NCBI GenBank assembly: GCA_035461825.1
Contig: DATHUW010000049.1
Coordinates: 1-15,630, forward strand
Reading direction: 5' to 3'
DNA length: 15,630 nt
Origin: Gemmatimonadaceae bacterium
GTDB lineage: Bacteria > Gemmatimonadota > Gemmatimonadetes > Gemmatimonadales > Gemmatimonadaceae
The position numbers were made by a program, and so were the translations under genes. Shown here one piece after another: positions 7,785 to 15,513 of this stretch. Every line of letters starts with the position of its first letter. The first letter of the stretch is position 1. The notes beneath the pieces were generated by a model. That model searched no databases. It saw only the letters and a list, made by a program, of their open reading frames with translations, and was not told the origin of the DNA.

Positions 7785-9524
7785 TTGCGCATCATGAAAT
7801 TCCTCACCGCGCAGCTCTCGGCGTTCCTCCAGATCAAGCAGGCGCGCAAGAACGTCCGAGCGCTGCTGAAACTGGTCGGCGTTCTGCTCGCCCTCGTCGT
7901 CGCGTTCAGCATCATCTTCCACGTGCTGAAGCAGGCGGAGGGGGAGGAGTATTCGTGGCTCACCGGGTTCTATTGGACGCTCACGGTGATGTCGACCCTC
8001 GGCTTCGGCGACATCACGTTTCAGTCCGATGCCGGACGCGCGTTCTCCATGGTCGTGCTGCTCTCGGGCGTCACCTTCCTGCTCGTCCTCCTCCCGTTCA
8101 CGTTCATCCAGTTCTTCTACGCGCCGTGGATCGAGGCGCAGCGGCAGCTGCGAGCGCCGCGCGAGCTGCCCGAGGAGACGCGGGATCACGTGATCCTCAC
8201 CCGATACGATGCGGTCGCGGTGTCGCTCATCGAACGGCTGGAGCTCTACCACCGGGACTACGTGGTGATCGAGCCGGAGCTCAGCCGGGCCCTCGAGCTG
8301 CACGACCTCGGGCTGAACGTGGTGACCGGGGATCGCGACGACCGGGAAACCTATCGCCGCCTTCGCGCGCACCGCGCCGCGCTGGTCGTGGCGAGCGATG
8401 ACGACTTCGTCAACACCAACATCGCGTTCACGATTCGTGAACTGACGAAGGAGACGCCCCTCGTCTCGCTGGCTCGCGACCCGGATTCGGTGGACGTGCT
8501 GCAGCTAGCCGGCGCCTCGCACGTGCTCGAGCTGGCGCAGATGCTCGGGCGATCGCTGGCCCGCCGGACTCTGGGCGGCGAGACGCGCGCGAACATCGTC
8601 GGCCGGTTCGATGGGCTGGTGATCGCGGAGGCACCGGTGCTCGGCACCCCGCTGGTCGGCAAGCGGATCGCCGACAGCGGACTCCGGCAGGCGACGGGCC
8701 TCTCGATCGTGGGGATCTGGCAGCGTGGACACTTCACGCCCGCGTCTCCCGATGTGCTGATCGAGCCCTCGAGCGTCCTGGTGCTGGCCGGCACGGAGCC
8801 GCAGCTCGCGGCCTTCGATGACCTGTGCGTGATCTACAACACGCCTGACGATCCGGTGCTCATCCTCGGCGGCGGGCGGGTGGGGCGGTGCGCCGCGGCG
8901 GCACTCGCCGAGCGCGGCGTGCCGTACCGTATCGTCGAGAAGAATCCGGCAATGATCAAGGATCCCGACCTGTACGTGCTGGGCTCCGCCGCCGACTTCT
9001 CGGTGCTGGAGCGCGCCGGCATCCGCAAGGCGCCGACCACGATCGTCACGACGAACGACGACGCGGTCAACATCTACCTGACGATCTACTGTCGAAAGCT
9101 GCGCCCCAACATGCAGATCGTCAGCCGCTCGAATCTCGAGCGAAACATTTCGACCCTGCATCGGGCGGGTGCGGATCTGGTGATGTCCTACGCCTCGATG
9201 GGCGCGGACGCGATCTTCAACGTGCTCGAGCAGTCCGAGATCTTCATGGTGGCGGAGGGCCTCGACGTGTTCCGGAGCCGGGTGCCGCGGCGCGTGGTCG
9301 GGAGTTCGCTGGCCGAAAGCGGGATTCGGGAGCGGACGGGGTGCCTGGTGCTCGCGATCGAGCGCGATGACCAGATGCAGGTGAGTCCTCCACCCACGAC
9401 CACCCTCGAGGGGGACGACGAGTTGATCCTCATCGGGACGACGGAGGCGGAGCGCCGGTTCATGACCGAGTATCGCGATCGCGGCGAGGCGGGACGCGCG
9501 CGGCCGGCCGGCGCCGGGGCGTGA
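7785..9524 (+). CDS. Potassium channel protein with two tandem RCK (TrkA-N/TrkA-C) regulatory modules, 579 aa
   Basis: Two TM helices flank the selectivity filter TVMSTLGFGDITF (K+ channel GFGD signature). These are followed by RCK-N-like Rossmann segments (VILTRYDAVAVSL..., LILGGGRVGRCAAAALAERG) and two TrkA-C-like segments (LVGKRIADSGLRQATGLSIVGIWQ; VVGSSLAESGIRERTGCLVLAIER). Confidence 0.85.
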   Translation: MRIMKFLTAQLSAFLQIKQARKNVRALLKLVGVLLALVVAFSIIFHVLKQAEGEEYSWLTGFYWTLTVMSTLGFGDITFQSDAGRAFSMVVLLSGVTFLLVLLPFTFIQFFYAPWIEAQRQLRAPRELPEETRDHVILTRYDAVAVSLIERLELYHRDYVVIEPELSRALELHDLGLNVVTGDRDDRETYRRLRAHRAALVVASDDDFVNTNIAFTIRELTKETPLVSLARDPDSVDVLQLAGASHVLELAQMLGRSLARRTLGGETRANIVGRFDGLVIAEAPVLGTPLVGKRIADSGLRQATGLSIVGIWQRGHFTPASPDVLIEPSSVLVLAGTEPQLAAFDDLCVIYNTPDDPVLILGGGRVGRCAAAALAERGVPYRIVEKNPAMIKDPDLYVLGSAADFSVLERAGIRKAPTTIVTTNDDAVNIYLTIYCRKLRPNMQIVSRSNLERNISTLHRAGADLVMSYASMGADAIFNVLEQSEIFMVAEGLDVFRSRVPRRVVGSSLAESGIRERTGCLVLAIERDDQMQVSPPPTTTLEGDDELILIGTTEAERRFMTEYRDRGEAGRARPAGAGA

Positions 9525-9696
9525 GCGACCGGTCAGTCCTCGTCGGTGCGCCGCACGGCGCCATCGTCGGCACGGTGAACGGCGACGGAGACCGTCATGC
9601 CTCATGCCGTCGCGAGCCGGGCGCCGATGCGCGTGCGGGAGCACCCGATTGCCGGCCGCGCTCCCCAGTCCCATGTTGCGTGGGAGGAGGTGCCCC

Positions 9697-9999
9697 ATGC
9701 GCGAGCGGTTGAGCTTCAGCGGGTCCGGGGGGGTGCGGTGGGTCGTGTATCCCGTGCCGGGACGCCGCACCGAGCATAACGACGAGGTCATCGAGGACAC
9801 GCCGCCACACCTGTGCTTCGAGGCGCAGGTCGGCAGCACGGTGCTGCTGCGCCGGGTCGATGATTACCCGGAAGGCTGGCGCGACCTGGAGGAGCCGGAG
9901 CTGCGGCGCCTGTCGGGACTGGAGGGACTGGTCGAGGTGGCGCTGCAGCACGAGGAGACCCCGGCCGCGCTGCGCGGCATCGAGCGCCTCGGAACCTGA
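9697..9999 (+). CDS. Hypothetical soluble protein (100 aa), no family recognised
   Basis: ATG preceded by a strong SD GGGAGGAGGTG (4-nt spacer). Very high GC3 throughout. The ORF-track N-terminal extension (from 9604) lacks an RBS and is rejected. Confidence 0.55.
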   Translation: MRERLSFSGSGGVRWVVYPVPGRRTEHNDEVIEDTPPHLCFEAQVGSTVLLRRVDDYPEGWRDLEEPELRRLSGLEGLVEVALQHEETPAALRGIERLGT

Positions 10000-10013
10000 C
10001 GAGCCGGCGTCAG
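9996..10013. other. Short hairpin CTGACG-agccgg-CGTCAG spanning both stop codons of the convergent genes (TGA 9997-9999 and TCA 10010-10012)
   Basis: Inverted repeat seen directly. Only 10 nt separate the convergent CDS ends. Confidence 0.25.
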
Positions 10014-11143
10014 GGCGACGACCGCTCCTCCAGCTCGGCCTTGAGCGCGAAGAACTCGAGCAGATCCTTCATCGTCAGGATTCCCACCAGATCGCCGTTC
10101 TCGGCCACGATCATGCGCGAGCGCTTGCCGCGCCGCATCGCATGCAGGGCGTCGAGTGCATCCGCATCCGGATGCACGGTGTTCTCCAGGGAGCAGGTTC
10201 GCGCGATGTCGCGGACGGTGCGGTGTCGCCAATCCTCGCGCGGCAGTGCCTTCACATCGTCGACCGATACGCAGCCCGTCAGGCGGCCCTCGTCCACCAC
10301 GGGGTAGAGCTTGTGGTGGTGACGGTAGATCACGTCATCCACGAGCGACTGCACGGTGCGCCAGCTCTCGACGGTAACCGGATCTCCACGCGTGAACGCG
10401 CGCACCGGCTCGCCCTCGAGCGCGCGCCGCAGCAGCACCTGCTGATACGACGCGGCGGCCGCGTTGCGCACGAAGAGCCCGATCAGCGCCATCCACATTC
10501 CACCGATGAACTCCCCCTCGGCGACCACGAGCCACAGGCCGCCCACGATCAGCAGGAGGCCGAAGGCGCCGCCGATGCGCGCGGCCGCCCGTGTGGCGCG
10601 CCGCAGGTTCTGCCAGCGGTGCCAGAGGGCCGCGCGCAGAATCCGTCCGCCGTCCAGCGGAAAGGCCGGTACCAGGTTGAAGATGGCCAGCACGACGTTG
10701 ATCGTCGCGAGATAGCTGAACAATGCGGCGATCGGCGCCGGTAGCGGCACGAAGAAGGACGCGAGGAACAGCATCCCCCCGATCGCGAAGCTGGCCAGCG
10801 GACCGGCGGCGGCCATGCGGAACTCCGACCCCGCGCTCGGCGGCTCCGCATCCATCTCGGCGACGCCGCCGAAGATGAAGAGCGTGATTCCTCGCATGGG
10901 GATGGCGTTGCGACGCGCGACGACGGCGTGCGACATCTCGTGTGCGACGATGGAGGCGAAGAGTCCGAGCGCTCCGCCGGCGCCGAGCAGCCAGTAGGTG
11001 ACCCGCGTGAGGTTCGGCATCACCACGGGAAAGAAGCTCGTCGCCAGCGACCAGGTCACCAGCACGGCCAGCACGAACCAGCTCGCGTCGAGCCGGATCT
11101 TGAATCCGTAAACCGTGAAGAGGTGGAAGCGCTTGCCGAACAT
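10010..11143 (-). CDS. Site-2 protease family (peptidase M50) intramembrane metalloprotease with C-terminal tandem CBS domains
   Basis: HExxH in a TM helix (IVAHEMSHAVV). Second S2P motif NLVPAFPLDGGRIL. Multiple TM helices. The C-terminal region has CBS-pair character (YPVVDEGRLTGCVSVDDV...MIVAENGDLVGILTMKDLL). Start is taken at the second Met (MFGKRFHLFTVYGFKIRLDASW), which matches the usual N-terminus of this family. An alternative ATG lies at 11182. Confidence 0.82.
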   Translation of the reverse strand: MFGKRFHLFTVYGFKIRLDASWFVLAVLVTWSLATSFFPVVMPNLTRVTYWLLGAGGALGLFASIVAHEMSHAVVARRNAIPMRGITLFIFGGVAEMDAEPPSAGSEFRMAAAGPLASFAIGGMLFLASFFVPLPAPIAALFSYLATINVVLAIFNLVPAFPLDGGRILRAALWHRWQNLRRATRAAARIGGAFGLLLIVGGLWLVVAEGEFIGGMWMALIGLFVRNAAAASYQQVLLRRALEGEPVRAFTRGDPVTVESWRTVQSLVDDVIYRHHHKLYPVVDEGRLTGCVSVDDVKALPREDWRHRTVRDIARTCSLENTVHPDADALDALHAMRRGKRSRMIVAENGDLVGILTMKDLLEFFALKAELEERSSP

Positions 11144-11293
11144 GGCGGGGTGAAAAAGTGGGCGCGTTCGAGAAGATAACATGCGGGCTCGAGCGGGCGG
11201 CTTGCGCCTGCCGACGAGTCCGCTCGCGTCGCGAACGTCCGATCGTTACCTGGCGCGACGCCCTTCGGGTCTGGGCGCGGCGCCGACGTCCCC

Positions 11294-12079
11294 TCACAGC
11301 CAGATCTTACCGTCTCGCTCCTCCACCGGATACGTCGTGATGCCGTCCTCGGCGGGTCCGGCCTGGAGGGCGCCACTGGCAACGTCGAACTGCGATCCGT
11401 GCCATGGGCAGGTGACGGTGCCGCAGGCCATGAGTCCGCCGGCGAGCGAGCCGCCGCGGTGCGGGCAGCGATCGTCGAAGGCGACCCAGCCCTCTTCGGT
11501 GCGCGCGAGCACCACCCGCTGGTCGCCGAGCCTGACGAGACGCATTTGGTTCGGTTCCAGGTCCCCGGCGTCGGCGACCGGGACGCGGGTGCCGCCCCCG
11601 CCCTCCGCTCGCCGCTCGGACCACTTGCCGGCGCCCGCATAACGGTGGTCCACGCCGATCTGGTTGCGGTAGACGAGTGTCCCCCCCATCCAGCCGCCGG
11701 CGAAGAGCAGCGCCACGGCACCGGCCTCCACCACGAGGATCACGGGATCCGGGGCCACGCCCGCGGCGCCACGCACGTACGTGGCCAGCGCGAAGAGGGC
11801 CACGGCGCTCAGGTTGACGAGCATGTGCTTCGTCGCGCGCGACTTGCCGGTGCTGCGCGGGGGAACGGTGTGGAGATAGTCGAGAAAACCGGGCACCGCC
11901 GCGATGATTGCGAGGACGATGCCCGCCAATGCGAGGTGCGCCCCCGTGGTCCAGAGCGTGGGCCGCTCGAGCCAGCGGCCCGCGACGTCGAAGGCGAACG
12001 CGCCGGTGAGGAACGCGAACGGGAAGGGAATCAGCATCGCGTGGAGAGGGTGGCCCTTGAGGCTGGCTTTCGAGCGCAT
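11294..12079 (-). CDS. Fusion protein: N-terminal DUF2231 membrane domain + C-terminal Rieske [2Fe-2S] domain (261 aa)
   Basis: The N-terminus MRSKASLKGHPLHAMLIPFPFAFL matches the conserved DUF2231 start (..GHPLHPMLVHFPIAL..), with 3-4 TM helices. The C-terminal part carries Rieske box I CPHRGGSL and box II CPWHGSQF, 16 residues apart, plus a typical beta-rich context (WVAFDDRCPHRGG...ITTYPVEERDGKIWL). Confidence 0.8.
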   Translation of the reverse strand: MRSKASLKGHPLHAMLIPFPFAFLTGAFAFDVAGRWLERPTLWTTGAHLALAGIVLAIIAAVPGFLDYLHTVPPRSTGKSRATKHMLVNLSAVALFALATYVRGAAGVAPDPVILVVEAGAVALLFAGGWMGGTLVYRNQIGVDHRYAGAGKWSERRAEGGGGTRVPVADAGDLEPNQMRLVRLGDQRVVLARTEEGWVAFDDRCPHRGGSLAGGLMACGTVTCPWHGSQFDVASGALQAGPAEDGITTYPVEERDGKIWL

Positions 12080-12150
12080 GGGGGGGAGAGGGATTAGGGG
12101 TCAGGGGCGACGGGACGGGGGCCTGGGGGCTAGGGGGCGGGTGCCGGGGC
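12080..12150 (+). repeat. G-tract-rich segment (G7,G3,G4,G4,G3,G5,G5,G5,G3,G4 runs) in the divergent promoter region; G-quadruplex-prone; begins with a G7/C7 homopolymer abutting the Rieske-fusion start codon
   Basis: Read directly: GGGGGGGAGAGGGATTAGGGGTCAGGGGCGACGGGACGGGGGCCTGGGGGCTAGGGGGCGGGTGCCGGGG. Confidence 0.5.
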
Positions 12151-12392
12151 GAATACGTTAGGTGCCGGTTCCCTTGTTCACTCGCACCTTCTCGGTGTCC
12201 GAATGGCCGTGGGGGCGCGGAGAGGCCGCCGCGCAAGAAACTCGCCCGCGGGTCAATGCTCTATTGCGCCTCCGCATCCGGGCTTGCACTTTCCGAAACA
12301 CCGTACGGCACGGCTCGGCGGCGAGCGCAATCGTGCCAGCCGCCGGCCACGCACGCCAGTGTCCCCGCTCGCCGACCTCTCGTCACCCGCCT

Positions 12393-12956
12393 GTGATCGC
12401 ATTCTTCATTGCGTGCGCCGCGCTCGGCGGCGTGGTGCTGGTGCTCCAGCTGCTGCTCGGCGTGCTCGGCGGCCAGGCGGACGTCGGCCATGACGTGCAC
12501 GCGGGCGACACGCACCTCGGCGACGGGCTCGACCTCGTCAGCGTGCGGTCGCTGTCCGCGGGGGTCGCGTTCTTCGGCCTCACCGGCGCGGGCGTCGCCA
12601 CATCGGGGTGGCCGTTGCTCCTCGCCGTGCCGGCCGCCTTGCTTGCCGGCACGGCGGCGACATTCATCGTCGCCTATCTCATGCGCGCCATGCGCCGTCT
12701 GGAGGATGACGGCTCCGAGCAGATCGAGAATGCGCTCGGCCAGACGGCGACCGTCTACCTGCGGATTCCGGGCAACCGCGAAGGGACGGGCAAGATCCAC
12801 GTTCCGATGCAGGGCCGCACGGTGGAGTACCAAGCTGTCACGCCCGGCGGTGAGCTGCCGTCAGGCAGCCTCGTGGTCGTGCGCGACATCGTCGGGCCCG
12901 ACCTGCTCGAGGTCGTTCCCCAATCCGCTGGAGACTTGACCGATGGACTCGTATAA
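12393..12956 (+). CDS. NfeD-like membrane protein (YqiJ/YuaF type): N-terminal TM helices with His/Asp-rich loop + C-terminal OB-fold domain
   Basis: Hydrophobic N-terminus, then an H/D-rich segment (HDVHAGDTHLGDGLD), a second TM pair, and a C-terminal NfeD OB-fold-like segment (TATVYLRIPGNREGTGKIHVPMQGRTVEYQAVTPGGELPSGSLVVVRDIVG). Its last 14 nt overlap the flotillin start. Start is uncertain: GTG 12393 is chosen, GTG 12432/12435 are also possible, and there is no in-frame ATG. The upstream part of ORF 12162.. is not membrane-like and is taken as 5' UTR. Confidence 0.68.
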   Translation: MIAFFIACAALGGVVLVLQLLLGVLGGQADVGHDVHAGDTHLGDGLDLVSVRSLSAGVAFFGLTGAGVATSGWPLLLAVPAALLAGTAATFIVAYLMRAMRRLEDDGSEQIENALGQTATVYLRIPGNREGTGKIHVPMQGRTVEYQAVTPGGELPSGSLVVVRDIVGPDLLEVVPQSAGDLTDGLV

Positions 12957-14568
12957 CGCGCTCGCCCTGCTACAGGGCGGCTTCGATCCCCAGTCCTTCT
13001 CGTTCGCGCTCGGCGCGGTCGTGCTGGTCGGCGTCACCGCCTTCGGGATGTTGATGCTGTTCGTCTCTCGCTACAAACGCTGCCCGTCCAACAAGATCCT
13101 GGTGATCTCCGGACGGGTCGGCGGCGGCCAGGTCGCGCGATGCCTGTCCGGCGGCGGCGCGTTCGTGTGGCCGGTGATCCAGGAGTGGGACTACCTGAGC
13201 CTCGAGCCGATCCAGATCGACATCCCGCTGCGGGACGCACTCTCGTTCGAGAACATCCGCGTGAGCGTGCCAAGCGTGTTCACGGTGGCGATCGGGACCG
13301 GCCCCGAGGTGCGGGCAAACGCCGCGATCCGCCTCCTCAAGCTCGACGGCACGCAGATCAAGCGTCAGGCGCAGGACATCATTTTCGGGCAGCTGCGCCA
13401 GGTGATCGCTTCCATGCGGATCGAGGAAATCAACAAGGACCGCGAGGCGTTCCTGCACAACATCCAGCAGTCGCTCGAGCCGGAGCTGAAGAAGATCGGC
13501 CTCGTGCTCATCAACGTGAACATCACCGACATCAACGACGAGTCGGGCTACATCGAGGCGATCGGCCGCAAGGCGGCGGCGACCGCCGTGCAGCAGGCGC
13601 GGGGCGACGTGGCGGAGCAGGAGAAGCTGGGCGAGATCCGCGTGGCGGACGCCGAGCGCGAGAAACTCGTCCAGGTGGCGAACGCGACGAAGCTGCGCGA
13701 CATCGGCGTGCGCGAAGCGTCGCGCGAGCAGGCGGTGCGGATCGCGGAGCTGGAGAAGGAGCAGGGGATCGGGGAGCAGACCGCCGCGTACGAGCGCGAG
13801 GCGCAGATCAAGGATGCCGAGCAGCGGAAGCGCATCGCCGTGGCGACGGCGGAGTCGAAGGCCATCGCGGGCGAGGCGGAATCGCAGGCGGCCATCATCG
13901 CGACCCGCGCGCAGCTCGCCTTGCGCGAGGCCGAGGCGTTCCAGCTCGCCGAGACGAAGAAACGCGAGGCCGAGGCGAAGGTGCTCGAGCTGCAGAACCG
14001 CGCGATGACGCTCGCCGCGCTGGCGGAAGCCGAGCGCGTGGAGGCGGAGCGCCGCGCCGCGCTCGAGGCGCCGGCCAAGGCGGAGAAAGCGAAGACGATC
14101 GTCGAGGCCGAGGCCGAGGCGGAGCGCATGAAGATCCACGCGCAGGCCGAGGCGGCGGCGATCTACGCGCGGTTGGAGGCGGAGGCTCGCGGCCAGTACG
14201 AGATCCTCGCCAAGAAGGCGGACGCCTTACGGCAGATGGTGGAGGCCGCGGGGGGCGCCCAGCACGCCTATCAACTGCTGATGCTGGAGCACCTCGACAC
14301 GCTGGCGGAGACGGCCTCGAACGCGATCTCGAACATCAAGTTCGACAAGGTCGTCGTGTGGGAGGGGGGCGGAAACGGACAAGGCGGCACGGCGGGGTTC
14401 ATTCAGAACATGGGCAAGATGATGCCGCCGATGATGCAGGTGCTGCGCGACATCGCCGGCGTGGAGCTGCCGTCGTATCTCGGGACGATGAAGGCCGAGG
14501 CGGACGGCGCCACGGAGCCTGGCGCGGTGGGGGTGTACGACCCGCCGGCCAAGGAGAAGCGGAGCTAG
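12943..14568 (+). CDS. Flotillin-like SPFH/band-7 domain protein (FloT/YqiK type), 541 aa, with long Glu/Ala-rich coiled-coil
   Basis: N-terminal TM anchor, then an SPFH domain (RYKRCPSNKILVISGR...GGAFVWPVIQEW...IEAIGRKAAATAVQQAR). This is followed by an extended EA-repeat region (AEAE.., EAERRAALEA..) and a flotillin C-terminal block. The start overlaps the nfeD stop, the classic nfeD-floT operon arrangement. Confidence 0.9.
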   Translation: MDSYNALALLQGGFDPQSFSFALGAVVLVGVTAFGMLMLFVSRYKRCPSNKILVISGRVGGGQVARCLSGGGAFVWPVIQEWDYLSLEPIQIDIPLRDALSFENIRVSVPSVFTVAIGTGPEVRANAAIRLLKLDGTQIKRQAQDIIFGQLRQVIASMRIEEINKDREAFLHNIQQSLEPELKKIGLVLINVNITDINDESGYIEAIGRKAAATAVQQARGDVAEQEKLGEIRVADAEREKLVQVANATKLRDIGVREASREQAVRIAELEKEQGIGEQTAAYEREAQIKDAEQRKRIAVATAESKAIAGEAESQAAIIATRAQLALREAEAFQLAETKKREAEAKVLELQNRAMTLAALAEAERVEAERRAALEAPAKAEKAKTIVEAEAEAERMKIHAQAEAAAIYARLEAEARGQYEILAKKADALRQMVEAAGGAQHAYQLLMLEHLDTLAETASNAISNIKFDKVVVWEGGGNGQGGTAGFIQNMGKMMPPMMQVLRDIAGVELPSYLGTMKAEADGATEPGAVGVYDPPAKEKRS

Positions 14569-14581
14569 AGCGAGTGGACAC

Positions 14582-14628
14582 GGGAAACGGGGAACGGATT
14601 CTCCTTCCGTTCCCCGTTTCCGTCTTCA
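14582..14628 (+). terminator. Rho-independent terminator candidate: perfect 16-bp stem GGAAACGGGGAACGGA/TCCGTTCCCCGTTTCC, 7-nt loop, followed by GTCTTCAT
   Basis: Perfect inverted repeat 14 nt downstream of the flotillin stop, with a short T-containing tail. It is the most stable hairpin in the window. Confidence 0.6.
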
Positions 14629-14756
14629 TGGGCTTCACGGACGCCTCACGATCCCTTCAGGGATTCTTCATTCTTCCGCCACGCCGGGTTCATCCGGGCG
14701 TCGCATGGTAGGGTCGTACGCGGCAACGCGTTGGCCCTCGTGCGACGGAGGTGGCG

Positions 14757-15464
14757 ATGTTCGGCGTCCTGGTGGAGTCGAATCCCCGGCCGCGGCGGCG
14801 GCGCGGCGGTGTGGCACTGAGCGCGGCGGTGCACGCCGCCGTCGTCCTGCTTGCGGTATGGGCCACGACGGAGGGCGCGGAGCGTGAAGATCCGCTCGGA
14901 GTGCAGCCGGACGATCGGCTGACGCCGACGTATCTGCCGCCGAGGCAGCGAGAACCCGAGACGCGCTCGGCTCCCGCGTTCCCAGCCGGTCCCGCTCCCG
15001 CACCAGTGCCGCGAACGCCAGTCGTCCCCGCCGTGGGCGGGCTCGACATCCCGAACACGATCCCGCCGGTCGACGTGCCGTTAGGCGATCCGCTGCGCGA
15101 TGCGATCGTCCCGCGCGTCATCGGGGACCGCGCGGGTCCGCCGCGGGCACCGGACCCGGCCAATGTGTTCGACAACCGCATCGCCGAAAAGCCGGCGCTC
15201 CCACTGGAGGGCAACGTTCCGCCGCGCTATCCGGAGATGCTCCGGACCGCGAGAGTGGAGGGCCTCGTGGATGTGGAGTTCGTCATCGATGCCAGGGGCC
15301 GACTGCGCCCGGGATCGATCGTCGTGCGGCGCGCCGACCATCCGGAGTTCCTCGGCGCGGTGCGAGTGGCGCTGGCGGCCTATCGGTACCTGCCGGCGGA
15401 GGTCGGCGGCGTCCCGGTTGCCGTGCGAGTGCGGCAGCGGTTCGTGTTCGCGCTCGAGCGTTAG
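14757..15464 (+). CDS. TonB family protein (energy transducer, C-terminal TonB domain), 235 aa
   Basis: N-terminal TM anchor (VALSAAVHAAVVLLAVWA) and a Pro-rich periplasmic linker (PAFPAGPAPAPVPRTPVVP). The C-terminal TonB domain motif is YPEMLRTARVEGLVDVEFVIDARGRL...VVRRADHPEFLGAVRVALAAYRYLPAEVGGVPVAVRVRQRFVF. ATG 14757 is preceded by GGAGGTG (5-nt spacer). The GTG at 14751 in the ORF track lies inside the SD. Confidence 0.75.
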   Translation: MFGVLVESNPRPRRRRGGVALSAAVHAAVVLLAVWATTEGAEREDPLGVQPDDRLTPTYLPPRQREPETRSAPAFPAGPAPAPVPRTPVVPAVGGLDIPNTIPPVDVPLGDPLRDAIVPRVIGDRAGPPRAPDPANVFDNRIAEKPALPLEGNVPPRYPEMLRTARVEGLVDVEFVIDARGRLRPGSIVVRRADHPEFLGAVRVALAAYRYLPAEVGGVPVAVRVRQRFVFALER

Positions 15465-15482
15465 GACCTTCTCCATGCCACG

Positions 15483-15513
15483 ACGGGCGCCGCATCGTGC
15501 GACGCCCGTCGAT
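15483..15513. terminator. Hairpin CGACGGGCG-(13 nt)-CGCCCGTCG after the TonB stop; candidate terminator
   Basis: A 9-bp perfect inverted repeat 19 nt after the TAG stop. No U-tract. Confidence 0.3.

Noticed and set aside
7292-9839. − strand ORFs 7292..7963, 7545..8372, 8505..9839 (444 aa) and + ORFs 7769..8401, 8888..9370 overlapping the K+ channel gene
   Set aside because: They are antisense or alternate-frame to a gene with a clear pore and RCK architecture, and the products are low-complexity.
10335-12236. − strand alternate-frame ORFs 10335..11297 (320 aa) and 11307..12236 (309 aa); + ORFs 11181..11642, 11399..12097
   Set aside because: They overlap the S2P and Rieske-DUF2231 genes out of frame. 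Their sequences are Arg/Pro/Gly-rich with no motifs.
12162-12392. N-terminal 77 codons of the ORF containing nfeD (MPVPLFTRTFSVSEW...)
   Set aside because: There is no in-frame ATG with an RBS. The segment is non-hydrophobic and Arg-rich, unlike NfeD/YqiJ N-termini, and it overlaps the probable promoter/leader including the TCATTGCG motif. It is treated as 5' UTR, though the exact nfeD start remains uncertain.
12970-14711. 389-aa − strand ORF 12970..14139, 523-aa +1-frame ORF 13140..14711, and 13548..14129 −, all overlapping the flotillin gene
   Set aside because: They are products of the EA-repeat coding region read in other frames or in antisense (poly-Arg/Gly/Leu). The flotillin frame has SPFH-domain and flotillin motifs.
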